The translations under genes were made by a program, and so were the position numbers. The notes under the pieces are model-generated. The model was not told where the DNA came from, did no database searches, and worked only from the letters and a program-made list of their open reading frames with translations. From Ferruginibacter sp. (GTDB taxonomy: Bacteria; Bacteroidota; Bacteroidia; Chitinophagales; Chitinophagaceae), in NCBI GenBank assembly GCA_013141115.1, contig JABFRP010000002.1, positions 834,389-898,388 on the forward strand: DNA of 64,000 nucleotides, read 5' to 3'. Below are positions 1 to 10,559 of the stretch, in pieces; the first letter of the stretch is position 1; every line of letters begins with the position of its first letter.

Positions 1-1030
1 TATTAATGGTGCAGCCGCCAAAGCCGCCGCCCATTTGCCTTGCACCAATTACATTGCCGCTGGCTTTTGCAAAGGCTACCAAAAAATCCGATTGGGGGCA
101 GCTTACATCATACAGTTTGCTTAAGCCTTCGTGGCCGGCATACATTATTTCGCCAAAGGCAGCCAGGTTATTTTGCTGTAAAAATGCAGCTCCCTTTTGC
201 GTACGTGCAATTTCTTCCACCACAAATTTGCAGCAGTTGTACACTTCGGGTTTCATTTTATCTTTATGCAGCTCTACATCGGCAGCACTTTTAATTTCTC
301 TAAAAGATTGCACGTTCAATTCTTTTTTCAATACTTCCATACCTTCTTCGCAACGCTTTCTCCTTACATTATATTCGCCGCTGGCTAATGTGTGAGATAC
401 CCTGGTGTTCAGTAATACAATTTTATAGCCGTCTAATTTTAATGGGAAATACTCGTGCGTAATATTTTTACAGTCCAGCAAAATAACATGGTCTTTTTTG
501 CCATTAATGCTGGCATACATATCCATGATGCCGCAGTTTACGCCGGGGTAATTATGTTCGGCACGCTGGCAAAGCAAGGCCAGTTCCACACGGTTCATTC
601 CAAAATTAAAAATATCATTAAGCGCAAATGCCAAACCACCTTCTACCGCTGCAGAACTACTCATGCCACTGCCACGGGGAATATCGCCACCAAAAACACA
701 ATCAAATCCACCAATGGGCTTACCCGCCAAAACAAATTCATTTACCACACTCAGTACATAATTTTTCCAGTTGTCCAGTTTTTTAACATCGGTTATGGCA
801 ATAGATAAACTTTCATCAAAGTCTGCCGCATAAAAATTCAACGTATCGGTATTATTTGCAGCCACGGCATAATAAATACCCTTGCTTATAGCCGCAGGCA
901 TTACATAACCATCATTATAATCGATATGCTCGCCAATTAAATTAATACGCCCCGGCGAAAAATATACATTGGGTTGTGTAGTAAATTTTTTTTTGAAAGT
1001 GTTGAGGATACTGGTGGCTAAATTGTTCAT
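1..1030 (-). CDS. galK: galactokinase (C-terminus runs off the window start)
   Basis: Own translation of the minus strand from the ATG at 1030 gives MNNLATSILNTFKKKF...GRINLIGEHIDYNDG (galactokinase signature) and GGDIPRGSGMSSSAA (GHMP kinase motif). It is absent from the ORF track because it has no in-window stop. Confidence 0.9.
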   Translation of the reverse strand, partial: MNNLATSILNTFKKKFTTQPNVYFSPGRINLIGEHIDYNDGYVMPAAISKGIYYAVAANNTDTLNFYAADFDESLSIAITDVKKLDNWKNYVLSVVNEFVLAGKPIGGFDCVFGGDIPRGSGMSSSAAVEGGLAFALNDIFNFGMNRVELALLCQRAEHNYPGVNCGIMDMYASINGKKDHVILLDCKNITHEYFPLKLDGYKIVLLNTRVSHTLASGEYNVRRKRCEEGMEVLKKELNVQSFREIKSAADVELHKDKMKPEVYNCCKFVVEEIARTQKGAAFLQQNNLAAFGEIMYAGHEGLSKLYDVSCPQSDFLVAFAKASGNVIGARQMGGGFGGCTIN

Positions 1031-1035
1031 GTTGA

Positions 1036-1992
1036 TTATGATAACAAAGTGATTTTATAAGTTGTTGTAAAATTAGCGTTTTCGCCGGGTGCCAGTACTT
1101 TGGCCCCTATGCCATTGTTAAATACATCTGGTGCGGCACTCAGGTTTTCTATGGCAATACTGTTCCGGTGCGGCGGCGTGTAAATTTGTAAATAAGGATA
1201 GCTTTTATCGGGATAAATTTCTACCTGTATTTTTTGTGCCGGATCTCTTAACACACAAAGTGGTTGACACTCATAAAAGTTTACGGTAAAGCAGGTATCA
1301 AATTCGACGTTGCCAATTTTTTTAAGCGCCCCAAATTCTTCGTAAGGAATTAATTTGCGGGTGGGTATTAATTCAGCATCAAACTCTACCAGTTCTTTAC
1401 TTTGAAATTCCAGTTGCAGCTCATCAATACTGCCACCAAAACCAAAGTACGGGTGCCAGCCATCCTGTATGGGTATTAAGCCTTCGTCTGTATTGGTAAT
1501 GCTGGTTACAATACTCAACGCATTATCTTTTTTTAATTCGTAGCTGATGCTGCAGGTATAGTTGAATGGATAACCTTTATCGCTACCGCTATATTCATGT
1601 TGCAGTAAAACGCCTGCCGCATTTTCATCGGCCCAGGTTTTAGCAACTGTAAAAATAGCATCGTATAATAAACCGTGCAGGGCATTGCCCTTTAGTGAAA
1701 ATTTTTCGGTAGTATATTGCTGCGCTCCAAATTTATAGGTAGCATCTTTTATACGGCAGGCAAAAGGCGAAAGTTTGCAACTTTTAAACCCTTTGGCGGT
1801 TACATTATTTTTAAAATCTTCAGTATTGCTATACCCATCAATTACATTTAAAGGGCTGCCATTATTTAAAACGGTAAACGCATGTAAAATAGCTCCGCAG
1901 GAAGGAATAATTTCTACCGATGTACCCGTGGCTGTGTCTTTTAAAATAACCTTATCAAAATCAGCATCACTTACAAATCTTGCATCAAACAT
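1036..1992 (-). CDS. galM: aldose 1-epimerase (galactose mutarotase family)
   Basis: 318 aa ORF with an aldose-epimerase-like GWHPYFGF motif. It lies directly upstream of galK in the same orientation. Confidence 0.8.
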   Translation of the reverse strand: MFDARFVSDADFDKVILKDTATGTSVEIIPSCGAILHAFTVLNNGSPLNVIDGYSNTEDFKNNVTAKGFKSCKLSPFACRIKDATYKFGAQQYTTEKFSLKGNALHGLLYDAIFTVAKTWADENAAGVLLQHEYSGSDKGYPFNYTCSISYELKKDNALSIVTSITNTDEGLIPIQDGWHPYFGFGGSIDELQLEFQSKELVEFDAELIPTRKLIPYEEFGALKKIGNVEFDTCFTVNFYECQPLCVLRDPAQKIQVEIYPDKSYPYLQIYTPPHRNSIAIENLSAAPDVFNNGIGAKVLAPGENANFTTTYKITLLS

Positions 1993-2452
1993 GTAGCTGT
2001 TTTAAATAAAAAATTTCAAACGAAATTAGGAAGGATATTAAAGCCATCCAAGAAATAAAATATGATTGAATTCAGGTATTGGCAGCCTGCCCCGGCCAGG
2101 TGCAGAAGAAAAGTTGGGGTTGGTTGAAAAAGCAGCGATATTTTTTCCAGCTTCGCTGAAAAGAGTTTAGCTACAAAGAGCCAAAGGCACTAAGCAGAAA
2201 AATGCTATGCATTTTCCCTTTGTGCCTTCGAGTCTTAGTGGCTAACCTAAATTTTTTGTAAAAAAATCCCTACCCTATTTGTGTTTCAAAAAACGTATTC
2301 ATTCTGTTCGATGGAATACCGACGAGGGAGTTCTGCTTGATGAGACACCAACTGGGGAATTATTTTTTCAATTGTGATTGCAATCATAAACCAAAACAAG
2401 TTGCCAGAGTAGATTTACCAATAATTTAATCAGTAAATCAAAACTTGTTGAT

Positions 2453-3025
2453 ATGAAAAGAACAATAAAAACCTCCCTGGCATTAGGCTCATTAGTTTTT
2501 GCATTAAGTTGCAATTCTGCAGAAGAAAAAACCAGCACTGCAAGCACCTCATCTGCCGCTGCAACTCCCGGCGCCGGACAATCGGCTGTGCAAGATGACC
2601 AGTCGGCAAAAAATGTAGTACAGGTTGCCATTGGCAGTAAAGATCATACCACTTTAGTAGCGGCAGTAAAAGCTGCTGAGTTAGTAGATGCATTAAGTAA
2701 TGCAGGCCCGTTTACCGTGTTTGCCCCTACCAATGCAGCTTTTGATAAATTACCTTCAGGCACTGTAGATGGTTTATTAAAACCCGAAAAGAAAGATGCA
2801 CTAACTGATATTTTGCAATATCATGTTTCGGTGGGTGTGTTTAAAGAAGATATGTTGCAGGACGGGCAAAGCATCGGCCAGGTAAATGGCGGCAATATTA
2901 CTATCAGTAAAAAAGATGGCAAACTGATGGTAAATGGAGTGGCCAATATTATTGCCACAGTGCCTGCATCTAACGGCATTGTATATGTAATTGATGCGGT
3001 GTTATTACCTCCGGCTACAAAATAA
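2453..3025 (+). CDS. fasciclin (FAS1) domain lipoprotein
   Basis: Signal peptide plus Cys (LVFALSC). FAS1 motifs HTTLVAAV...FTVFAPTNAAF...ILQYHV are present. Confidence 0.85.
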   Translation: MKRTIKTSLALGSLVFALSCNSAEEKTSTASTSSAAATPGAGQSAVQDDQSAKNVVQVAIGSKDHTTLVAAVKAAELVDALSNAGPFTVFAPTNAAFDKLPSGTVDGLLKPEKKDALTDILQYHVSVGVFKEDMLQDGQSIGQVNGGNITISKKDGKLMVNGVANIIATVPASNGIVYVIDAVLLPPATK

Positions 3026-3050
3026 AACAGTTTACGATCCAATAACTTAT

Positions 3051-3088
3051 AAAAAAGCAGTCCCCAACCAATTGGGGACTGCTTTTTT
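3051..3088. terminator. bidirectional rho-independent terminator hairpin
   Basis: An A-run, then gcagtcccc-N8-ggggactgc, then a T-run. It lies between convergent genes. Confidence 0.6.
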
Positions 3089-3103
3089 ATATACCAGTAT
3101 CAT

Positions 3104-3502
3104 TTAAAATATTTTATCGGTGCCGGGATGCTCAGCCAGAATTTTTATTTGCATTACAGTAGCAATACTAATGGCCCTTTGCTTTGCAAGGCCCGCATTT
3201 TTTCCTTCAAACAACTCATCAACAGTTTGGGTAAACAAGTTGGTCCATTGTGTAAAATGTTCGGCGGTTAAAGGCATTACCCGGTGTAAATGTTTGTGCA
3301 GTTCCATAGGATTACCTTCGTAAGAGCCGGTGTAGAATAAAGTATTTTCCCAAAAATTATACATTACAGGCAAATGTTTTTCCCAATGCACTTTTACAAC
3401 ATCTGTAAAAATGTATCCTATTACTGCATCCATTTTTATTTTTTCATAAAAGGCATCCACTAATAATTGTATATCCGCTTTTGCTTCAATATCTTTTTTC
3501 AT
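3104..3502 (-). CDS. group III truncated hemoglobin-like globin
   Basis: 132 aa. It is similar in length and pattern to Ctb-type truncated globins (FYEKI...NFW...G.Y.GNPM..H). It sits at the end of the nos/NO-stress cluster. Confidence 0.7.
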   Translation of the reverse strand: MKKDIEAKADIQLLVDAFYEKIKMDAVIGYIFTDVVKVHWEKHLPVMYNFWENTLFYTGSYEGNPMELHKHLHRVMPLTAEHFTQWTNLFTQTVDELFEGKNAGLAKQRAISIATVMQIKILAEHPGTDKIF

Positions 3503-3522
3503 ATTGTATAAGTTTTGGGTAA

Positions 3523-3948
3523 TTACAATTCTATACTGTTTAATATTTCTGCGGGGCAGTGCTCTTGTATCAATGGAAATAAAATTCTTTCTTCCTTTCT
3601 TACATGGGCTTCCAAAGCTTTTCCTAAAGTATCCATTGTGGTTTGCAGGTCGGCAGTTTTATCAAGGCTGATAAAAAGCTGCGTTAATTGTTCATGCTCA
3701 TATATTATTTCCGGGGTAATTTCTTCTATTTTACTATTGTATTGCTTTACCTTATGCAGCATTTGCTCTTCCTGCTTAAAATGTTTTTGCAAATTGCTGT
3801 GGTAAAAATTTGTTGCATATACTGCTTTGTCTTTGGGCAATTGCGGCAGACCTTTATATACCGGTGCATTTTTCTTTAAAAGTTGTGCCAGTATCAATGC
3901 ATCGTGATGCTCTCTTGATAAAGGTGCCAATGCTTCATGTCGTTTCAT
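3523..3948 (-). CDS. hemerythrin-like (HHE cation-binding) domain protein
   Basis: 141 aa helical protein with SREHHDALILAQ and H/E-rich helices. This gene is a common neighbour in nos clusters. Confidence 0.65.
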   Translation of the reverse strand: MKRHEALAPLSREHHDALILAQLLKKNAPVYKGLPQLPKDKAVYATNFYHSNLQKHFKQEEQMLHKVKQYNSKIEEITPEIIYEHEQLTQLFISLDKTADLQTTMDTLGKALEAHVRKEERILFPLIQEHCPAEILNSIEL

Positions 3949-3950
3949 AA

Positions 3951-4718
3951 TTACAGGTCTTTACGGTTAAATTTTCTCAGCGATAACCAGGTGGGAATTA
4001 CGATCCACAGGGTTAATACTAAAAAAGATAGCAGCACACCGGTTTGTGTGCCAAAAAAGTTTTTAAATATGGCGCCGGTATAACCCATTAGTGCCGATAC
4101 ATCCATTTTTAGTAATATTAAAATACGGCTAAGATCTATGGGGTTTAACGTACTTACCCCCACCATTATTTTTTCCATGGGATAATCGGCAAATTGAAAT
4201 AATACAAATAATACCAGCCCATCAAATAATAACGAAAAATATAACCATAGTAAAATGGCTACACCAATACCTTTGGCTTTGTCTCTTGTTATAACAGCGG
4301 CCAGCATGGCTATGGCTACAAAAATTACAGATAATAGTAACCCCGTGCCCAGCATCATAAAACCTGTTGCTGTGGCTTCATATAATAAAATAGGAATACC
4401 TGCACCCACAAAAAAGGCAATGGCCAGCGAAGATGCTAAACCGGAGAAAACACTTAGCCAGATCGTTTTTCTTTTTAGTGGCTGGCTTACCAGTAACTCT
4501 AAAAACTCGGCACTGTTATACACATAAATGGCCGAAAACATAATACTTACCAATGGCACAATTATTAAAATGATGTTGAGCAAACTCAGTAAGCCTTTGG
4601 CCGAATTATCTTCCAGGTTAAAAACACTTAATGAAATTAACAGCAAAAACAAGGTGTAGGCCAGCATAATTTTATTACGCAGGATATCTATAATAACGTA
4701 TTTGATAATTTTTTTCAT
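3951..4718 (-). CDS. nosY: ABC-2 type permease NosY
   Basis: 255 aa, about 6 TM segments, immediately downstream of nosF and nosD. Confidence 0.8.
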   Translation of the reverse strand: MKKIIKYVIIDILRNKIMLAYTLFLLLISLSVFNLEDNSAKGLLSLLNIILIIVPLVSIMFSAIYVYNSAEFLELLVSQPLKRKTIWLSVFSGLASSLAIAFFVGAGIPILLYEATATGFMMLGTGLLLSVIFVAIAMLAAVITRDKAKGIGVAILLWLYFSLLFDGLVLFVLFQFADYPMEKIMVGVSTLNPIDLSRILILLKMDVSALMGYTGAIFKNFFGTQTGVLLSFLVLTLWIVIPTWLSLRKFNRKDL

Positions 4719-4734
4719 TGGTAGTTTTTACTGG

Positions 4735-5448
4735 TTACCCATTTATTTTTACCATTACACTGGCGATAGCTTTAGACAATTTTTCCTGGCCGGTATCTTT
4801 TCTTAAATCCTCAATGGTTTTATGAAATTGCAGTACACCATCCTGCATATAGATCACCTGCGTTACCAGGTCGTCCAGCTCACTTAAAATATGCGAAGTG
4901 ATCAACACCAGTTTTCCTTTTTGCTTTTCGGCAATGATCTTATCTTTTAAAATTTCGGTGGCTACGGGGTCTAATCCGGCAGTAGGTTCATCTAATATCA
5001 ACACATCGGGGTTAAATAAAAAAGCCAGTGCTGCACTAACTTTTTGCCGTGTGCCGCCCGATAATGTTCTCATGCGTTTATGCAGCAACTCATTCAATTT
5101 AAATTGCTGCACCAGGTCTTCATCCAATACTGCATTTTTTTGATGGCGGATATCTTTCATCATTTCCAGCATTTGCCCAATGGTCATATTATCGGGGTAG
5201 CGGCCAATTTGCGGCATGTAGCCAATATGAGCACGGTATTGCCAGTCGTGCAAAATATTTTTTTCGTTGAAAGTTATAAAGCCGCTATTGCATACCACCA
5301 TGCCTAAAATACTTTTTATCAAAGTAGTTTTGCCGCTGCCGTTAGGACCGATCAATGCAATGCATTCGCCCTTGTTGCAGGTTACCGACACATTATCCAG
5401 TGCGGTTAGCTTACCAAATTTTTTTGATACGTTGCTTGCAATGATCAT
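4735..5448 (-). CDS. nosF: ABC transporter ATP-binding protein NosF
   Basis: Walker A GPNGSGKTT, signature LSGGTRQK, Walker B LILDEP. Its start overlaps the nosD stop. Confidence 0.9.
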   Translation of the reverse strand: MIIASNVSKKFGKLTALDNVSVTCNKGECIALIGPNGSGKTTLIKSILGMVVCNSGFITFNEKNILHDWQYRAHIGYMPQIGRYPDNMTIGQMLEMMKDIRHQKNAVLDEDLVQQFKLNELLHKRMRTLSGGTRQKVSAALAFLFNPDVLILDEPTAGLDPVATEILKDKIIAEKQKGKLVLITSHILSELDDLVTQVIYMQDGVLQFHKTIEDLRKDTGQEKLSKAIASVMVKING

Positions 5449-6680
5449 AGTGGTAAAGGTTTCATTAATGGATGATCGTCTTTTAAATTTTCCGGCGTAA
5501 GCGTGGGGATAATTTTTTCGGTTTTATCCAGCAGGCTGGTCATAAAACTTCTGAACAACATCATGGCCGGCGGATTTTGTTCAATGATCATGGAATACAT
5601 ACTTACGGGGCGGTAAGGCACATCACCAATTTTATCCTTGTTCAAATCATAGCCATCATATTTATCCCAGTAATTATTATTGAAAGTATTCAACACCAAA
5701 CTTCCGTTAGTACCCACATCAAAAGTATTACTGATAAAATTATTTTTAGTGAGTACAATATCCATGCAGCTTGCCTGTATCTTTAAAGCCCAGCCATTAT
5801 TATCAAAAACATTTTTTTCCATAGCAATGCGGCTGGCACCTTCCATGTGAATACCTGTAGTGTTTTTTGTAAAATGATTATTGTTGATATAGCCATCAGA
5901 TATTTCTTTCAGTAACAAACCATAAGAGGCATCGCCCCAGTTCTCTTCAAAATAATTATTAAACATTTTTACATGATTGCTAAACATTACTGCTACACCG
6001 GCACCATTGTTTTTAAAAATGTTGGTAATATAGGCATCGTTGTTGCTGAACATAAAATGCAGCCCGTAGCGCAGGTTATTAAAAGAAGTATTGCGCCAGA
6101 TAACAGAGTTAGTTACAAACTCAAAATATATACCGTCCCTGTGCCCGGATATAGTATTGGCAATAATGCGCATGCTATCACTCTTCCAGCAATGAATACC
6201 ATTACCGGCTTGCTGTTCTTCTTTACTGTTTGCTGTAAGGGTATTTTTTTCGATGGTACAATTGGTACCGTATTGAGAATAAATACCAAAAAAAGTATCG
6301 TCTAAAATATTATTTTTGATGATCACATCCCTGCGGTTATAAATTTTAATGCCTGCAAAATCTTCTATACTTGATACGCCGGAATGCACCACCTTAAATC
6401 CATCCACTACAACGCCATCTGCCTTAATTGAAATGTTTTCATACTGGTTTTCGCCATCCAAAACAGGATGGTTGATGCCAATTAAAAAAATAGTTTTATT
6501 AATGATAAGATTTTTTTCGTGATAAAGGCCTGCATCTACTAAAACCGTATCGCCCTTTGCTGCTATTTGTATAGCTTGCTGAATAGTTTTTATAGCCTGC
6601 AGTTTACCAACACGAATTGTTTTTGCATTACCGGTAACAGCGAACAGTACAAATACTATTATGGTGATAAAGGCTTTCAT
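5445..6680 (-). CDS. nosD: nitrous-oxide reductase maturation protein NosD (parallel beta-helix)
   Basis: 411 aa with a signal peptide and repeated N-rich PbH1-type beta-helix repeats. It lies between nosL and nosF. Confidence 0.9.
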   Translation of the reverse strand: MKAFITIIVFVLFAVTGNAKTIRVGKLQAIKTIQQAIQIAAKGDTVLVDAGLYHEKNLIINKTIFLIGINHPVLDGENQYENISIKADGVVVDGFKVVHSGVSSIEDFAGIKIYNRRDVIIKNNILDDTFFGIYSQYGTNCTIEKNTLTANSKEEQQAGNGIHCWKSDSMRIIANTISGHRDGIYFEFVTNSVIWRNTSFNNLRYGLHFMFSNNDAYITNIFKNNGAGVAVMFSNHVKMFNNYFEENWGDASYGLLLKEISDGYINNNHFTKNTTGIHMEGASRIAMEKNVFDNNGWALKIQASCMDIVLTKNNFISNTFDVGTNGSLVLNTFNNNYWDKYDGYDLNKDKIGDVPYRPVSMYSMIIEQNPPAMMLFRSFMTSLLDKTEKIIPTLTPENLKDDHPLMKPLPL

Positions 6681-7696
6681 TATTTTATTAAATCGCTCCA
6701 GTTAACCATTGCACCGGGATAACGTTGCTGCATTTTCAGCAAACTGTCTTTATTATCGAATGCAGCAATATTACCTGCCATCGGGCTTCTGAGTATTTCG
6801 CTTTTTAATAAAGAAGATTGATTAACATTAACTAACTGGTGGCTGCCGCAAAAATCAGTAAGGTAAATATCTTTTATGTTTTCAGAAGCCACATCTTTTG
6901 TTTTCAGGTAATTTAAAATACAATGCACATCATCAAACTTATATATCTTCCCTTTTTTGGTAAGCAGCTCGGCACCAAATTTTTCATCGCTGATGGTCAT
7001 TTTACAGAAGTAACAATTATCCACCCCTGTTTTAATGGGCTCTGGTTGTACACTGCAGGAAGAAAAACTAATGGTTAAAAATATTAAAGCAGTTGCAACA
7101 GCATAATTTTTTTTCATTTTTTTTGCAAACTTCCATTCGGCAAACACAGCTAAAAGTAATAAAGCGCCCACACCAATAAATATCCATCCTCCAATATCGG
7201 GCATAGAGTAAGCGCCAAAGTTCAGCAATTGTTTAAAGCCAATTAATGGTGGCTGATAAGCCATGCCCGGCACAATGATAGCTGCATCGGGATTTAAGTT
7301 GTGCCCATAATTATACTCCCATCTCCAAAAATCGTACATGGCCAATACGCCAAAGGCAACAAATAAAATGCATAAGCCGTTGAGTAATTTTCTTTTTGCA
7401 ACTACAGCTACTATAATAAACAGTGCGGCAAAAACAGCAATTATATAAGGCAATACGGTAAACTCTATAAAATCTTCGGTATGTAAAGTTTTCATACCAA
7501 TGTAATGGTTTAATCCATTGATGATATCTACATTACCCGCCAGTTTATGCGGATGAATCAATAACATCAATCCTTCAGGATATTGTGGCGCCACTAAATC
7601 TATTCTCCACATGGGTACAAATAAAACTGCAATTAATCCAAGGCCGCAAAGTATTAGCACCCCTCTTACCCAGCCTTGTATCCGTGACGTTTTCAT
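6680..7696 (-). CDS. nosL: membrane-anchored NosL copper chaperone (N-terminal polytopic domain fused to a NosL domain)
   Basis: The C-terminal part has the NosL-type CYFCKM...KFDDVHC motif after a lipobox-like SFSSC. The N-terminal ~200 aa has about 5 TM helices. Confidence 0.75.
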   Translation of the reverse strand: MKTSRIQGWVRGVLILCGLGLIAVLFVPMWRIDLVAPQYPEGLMLLIHPHKLAGNVDIINGLNHYIGMKTLHTEDFIEFTVLPYIIAVFAALFIIVAVVAKRKLLNGLCILFVAFGVLAMYDFWRWEYNYGHNLNPDAAIIVPGMAYQPPLIGFKQLLNFGAYSMPDIGGWIFIGVGALLLLAVFAEWKFAKKMKKNYAVATALIFLTISFSSCSVQPEPIKTGVDNCYFCKMTISDEKFGAELLTKKGKIYKFDDVHCILNYLKTKDVASENIKDIYLTDFCGSHQLVNVNQSSLLKSEILRSPMAGNIAAFDNKDSLLKMQQRYPGAMVNWSDLIK

Positions 7697-7721
7697 TTTG
7701 TTATTTTAAAATGATTGTAGT

Positions 7722-7752
7722 AAAAAAGGGCAGGCATAAAACCTGCCCTTTT
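7722..7752 (-). terminator. hairpin plus T-run just after the nosZ stop (terminator or attenuator inside the nos operon)
   Basis: gggcagg-N7-cctgccc, with a T-run on the minus strand. Confidence 0.5.
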
Positions 7753-7770
7753 GCTTTTTGCTCAATTCTT

Positions 7771-9765
7771 TTATTTTTTTGCTGCGCTATCTGCCACCGG
7801 ATAATTTTTACCCGTACTAAATAACAATGGCACATTACTTCCTGCCGGTGATACTCTTATGTAGCCCTGCATTTCCTGATGCAATGCACTACAGAAATCA
7901 GTACAATAGAATGGGAACATGCCCACTTTTTCAGCCACCCATTTTAAGGTTTGTGTTTCTCCGGGCATAATTAAAAGTTCGCCGGTGTTGGCTCCTTTTA
8001 TTGCAAATCCATGAGGTACATCCCAATCCTGTTCCAGGTTGGTTACATGAAAATATACTTCATCGCCTGCTTTTATGCCTTCAATATTATCAGGTGAAAA
8101 ATGCGAACGGATACAGGTCATATACACATCTACTTTATTTCCTGTTCTTACTACTTTGGTGGTACCTTCCCCTTTAGAAGCATAAGGATGCTGGTTTTCA
8201 TCAATCTTGAAAAACTTAACTGATTTTCCTTTTATCAGATCTGCAGGTACTGCCTGTGCATAGTGCGGTTCGCCAATGGTGGGAAAGTTGAGTATCAGTT
8301 GCATTTTATCGCCGCTAATATCATACAGTTGTGCACTTTGTGCTAACTCGGGGCCGGTAGGTAAATACCGGTCTTTAGTAATTTTATTATATGCTATTAA
8401 ATATTTAGCACTTGGTTTTTTGCTATCGCCACCGGGGATACATAAGTGACCAACAGAATAATAAGTGGGCACCCTGTCTACTACAGTAAGATCTTTAATA
8501 TTCCATTTAACCACTTCGCTTGATACAAAGAAAGTGGTGTAGGCAAAACCTTTACCATCAAACTCGGTATGTAAAGGGCCAAGGCCCGGTTTTTTTACTT
8601 CGCCATATAATGCGGCTTCGTATTTTATTACTGGTATACCATCGTAATCGCCTGCATAAGCTTTATCAGCAATGGCTTTTATCATTTTATCAAAACTAAA
8701 TACCGGAATTAAAGCGGCCAGTTTTCCACTGCCTACAATGTATTCGCCGGTTGGGTCAACATCGCAGCCATGTGGCGATTTAGGGCAAGGAATAAAATAG
8801 CAAATGTCTTTTAGTTCTTTTGCATCCAGTACGGTAACTTCTGTTTTAATTTCGGATGTGGCAGAATGTGTTTTATCACTGTACGTATTGTGTGCATATT
8901 TTACTGCCTGCTTTCTTCCTTTACCGGCTTTTAAATATTCTTCTGCTTTTTTCCAGTTTACTGCCATAATAAAATCCTTATCTTTTTGCGATGCATTTAC
9001 CTCTAACAAAGTATTGGCCTGTTCAGTATTGTAACAACTAAAGAAAAACCATCCATGAGATTTACCTTTACCGGCATGGCTTAAATCGAAGTTTACACCT
9101 GGGCATTGTATTTGAAAAGCAACATCCATTTTACCATCTTCTTTACCTACACTTATAAAACTAATAGTGCCTTTAAAATTTTGTTTGTAAGTATTAATAG
9201 GTACATCGCCATTTTTATCATCGGGTGGTACGCTAAACCTTGTACCTGCAACAACATACTCTGTATTTTCTGTAATAAAAGGAGAGCTGTGGTTACCGGC
9301 ACTGTTGGGTAATTCAATAATTTCCTGAGTGCGGAATGTAGTTAAATCTATTCGTGCCACACGTGGTGTATTATTGGCATTACCAAAAACCCAGCGGCCA
9401 TCAATTTCGCCATTGGTTTGCGATAATTCGGTATGGTGCAAATCATCCCATGGCACAAAACCATGAGAGGTATTTAACATTGGTTTTGTTTCTTCGCTAT
9501 AGCCCCAGCCTTTTTCCGGATCAACAGAAAAAACAGGAATTACACGAAGCAAACGGCCCGATGGTAAGCCATAAGCAGCCAATTGACCGCTAAAGCCGCC
9601 TGATACAAAATTGTAAAACTCATCGTATTTACCTGGTGCCACATAAGCTTTTGCAGCGGCATCAGAACTTACAGCATTACCGGCGTTTTTGGGTTTACAG
9701 GCATTAAAGCCCATCAGCAAACTGATACCGAAAACAGCTGCTGTTATTAATTTAATACATCTCAT
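7771..9765 (-). CDS. nosZ: Sec-dependent (clade II) nitrous-oxide reductase NosZ
   Basis: 664 aa. The Sec/lipoprotein-like leader has no twin-arginine. The C-terminal CuA motif is CTDFCSALHQEM, and the body is His-rich as expected for a beta-propeller. Confidence 0.95.
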   Translation of the reverse strand: MRCIKLITAAVFGISLLMGFNACKPKNAGNAVSSDAAAKAYVAPGKYDEFYNFVSGGFSGQLAAYGLPSGRLLRVIPVFSVDPEKGWGYSEETKPMLNTSHGFVPWDDLHHTELSQTNGEIDGRWVFGNANNTPRVARIDLTTFRTQEIIELPNSAGNHSSPFITENTEYVVAGTRFSVPPDDKNGDVPINTYKQNFKGTISFISVGKEDGKMDVAFQIQCPGVNFDLSHAGKGKSHGWFFFSCYNTEQANTLLEVNASQKDKDFIMAVNWKKAEEYLKAGKGRKQAVKYAHNTYSDKTHSATSEIKTEVTVLDAKELKDICYFIPCPKSPHGCDVDPTGEYIVGSGKLAALIPVFSFDKMIKAIADKAYAGDYDGIPVIKYEAALYGEVKKPGLGPLHTEFDGKGFAYTTFFVSSEVVKWNIKDLTVVDRVPTYYSVGHLCIPGGDSKKPSAKYLIAYNKITKDRYLPTGPELAQSAQLYDISGDKMQLILNFPTIGEPHYAQAVPADLIKGKSVKFFKIDENQHPYASKGEGTTKVVRTGNKVDVYMTCIRSHFSPDNIEGIKAGDEVYFHVTNLEQDWDVPHGFAIKGANTGELLIMPGETQTLKWVAEKVGMFPFYCTDFCSALHQEMQGYIRVSPAGSNVPLLFSTGKNYPVADSAAKK

Positions 9766-9798
9766 ATAGATTGTTTTAAGTAATTACTTTTTAGATAT

Positions 9799-10278
9799 TT
9801 ATTTTACACCATCGTTCTTACGCATAAATTCATATAACGCTCTGGCATCCTCATCGCTCAGGTTTTGATTAGGCATACGTACCAAACATATTTCCAGTTG
9901 CGCCTGTGCTTTAGGGTCTTTATTCAACATCTCATCGGTATTGGTTACAAAATTCATTATCCACTCCGCTGTATGGCGGCTTGTTACAGCTTTCCAACCG
10001 GGGCCAACTAATTTTTCGTCGGTTAGTTTGTGGCAACTGCTGCATTTTACACCAAATACTTTTTCGCCATTAGTTGCCATTGTGGCATCTAATGCAGCAG
10101 CAACTTCTACTTTAGTAAATTTTCCCTCTCCCCTGTTGGGATCGTAAGAAGGATTACCGTTTGATGCGTTTGCTTTGCTGTCGTAAGGATCAGTTGTAGC
10201 TTTGGTATCGCTTCCGGCCCCGCCACCGCAAGCCGAAATAAAAGCAGCTATACTTAAAATGATGATCAATTTTTTCAT
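9799..10278 (-). CDS. lipoprotein c-type cytochrome (electron donor of clade II nos clusters)
   Basis: Lipobox ISAC, heme motif CSSCH, distal Met region. It lies immediately upstream of nosZ. Confidence 0.85.
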   Translation of the reverse strand: MKKLIIILSIAAFISACGGGAGSDTKATTDPYDSKANASNGNPSYDPNRGEGKFTKVEVAAALDATMATNGEKVFGVKCSSCHKLTDEKLVGPGWKAVTSRHTAEWIMNFVTNTDEMLNKDPKAQAQLEICLVRMPNQNLSDEDARALYEFMRKNDGVK

Positions 10279-10459
10279 GATAATTCTTTTTTGATTTTAA
10301 ATGATGACACAAGATTACAGCAGGTTTAAATGTTTATTTATGCGTTGAATCATAAGTAAAAAAAAGGGGCTTTAAAATTTCAATCTTTTGCTGTAAATTT
10401 AAAAGGAGAGAAAAATTGCCAAAATCTTATATAGAACCGGGCTTAAACCCAGCCTGGTA

Positions 10460-10471
10460 TGATTACAGTCA
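10460..10471. promoter_or_regulatory. candidate Crp/Fnr-type box (degenerate copy)
   Basis: TGATTACAGTCA matches 10 of 12 positions of the exact TGATTTCAATCA boxes at 11157 and 12429. It lies in the divergent region between the cytochrome c/nosZ genes and the Crp/Fnr gene. Confidence 0.35.
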
Positions 10472-10559
10472 TAACTGTTTATAACCGCCATCATACCCTG
10501 TAAAATGGTATTCAAATACTTTTATCTATCATCTGTAGTTTTGCAACTGAAATTTTTTT

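Noticed and set aside
6-808. Plus-strand ORFs at 6..395, 40..294, 197..388 and 455..808.
   Set aside because: They are antisense shadows of the clear galactokinase gene on the minus strand.
2000-2450. The long intergenic region upstream of the fasciclin gene and galM, with scattered inverted fragments (gccaaaggcactaag / cttagtggc), as a possible ncRNA.
   Set aside because: I could fold no convincing conserved-looking structure or known motif. It is probably promoter space plus degenerate repeats.
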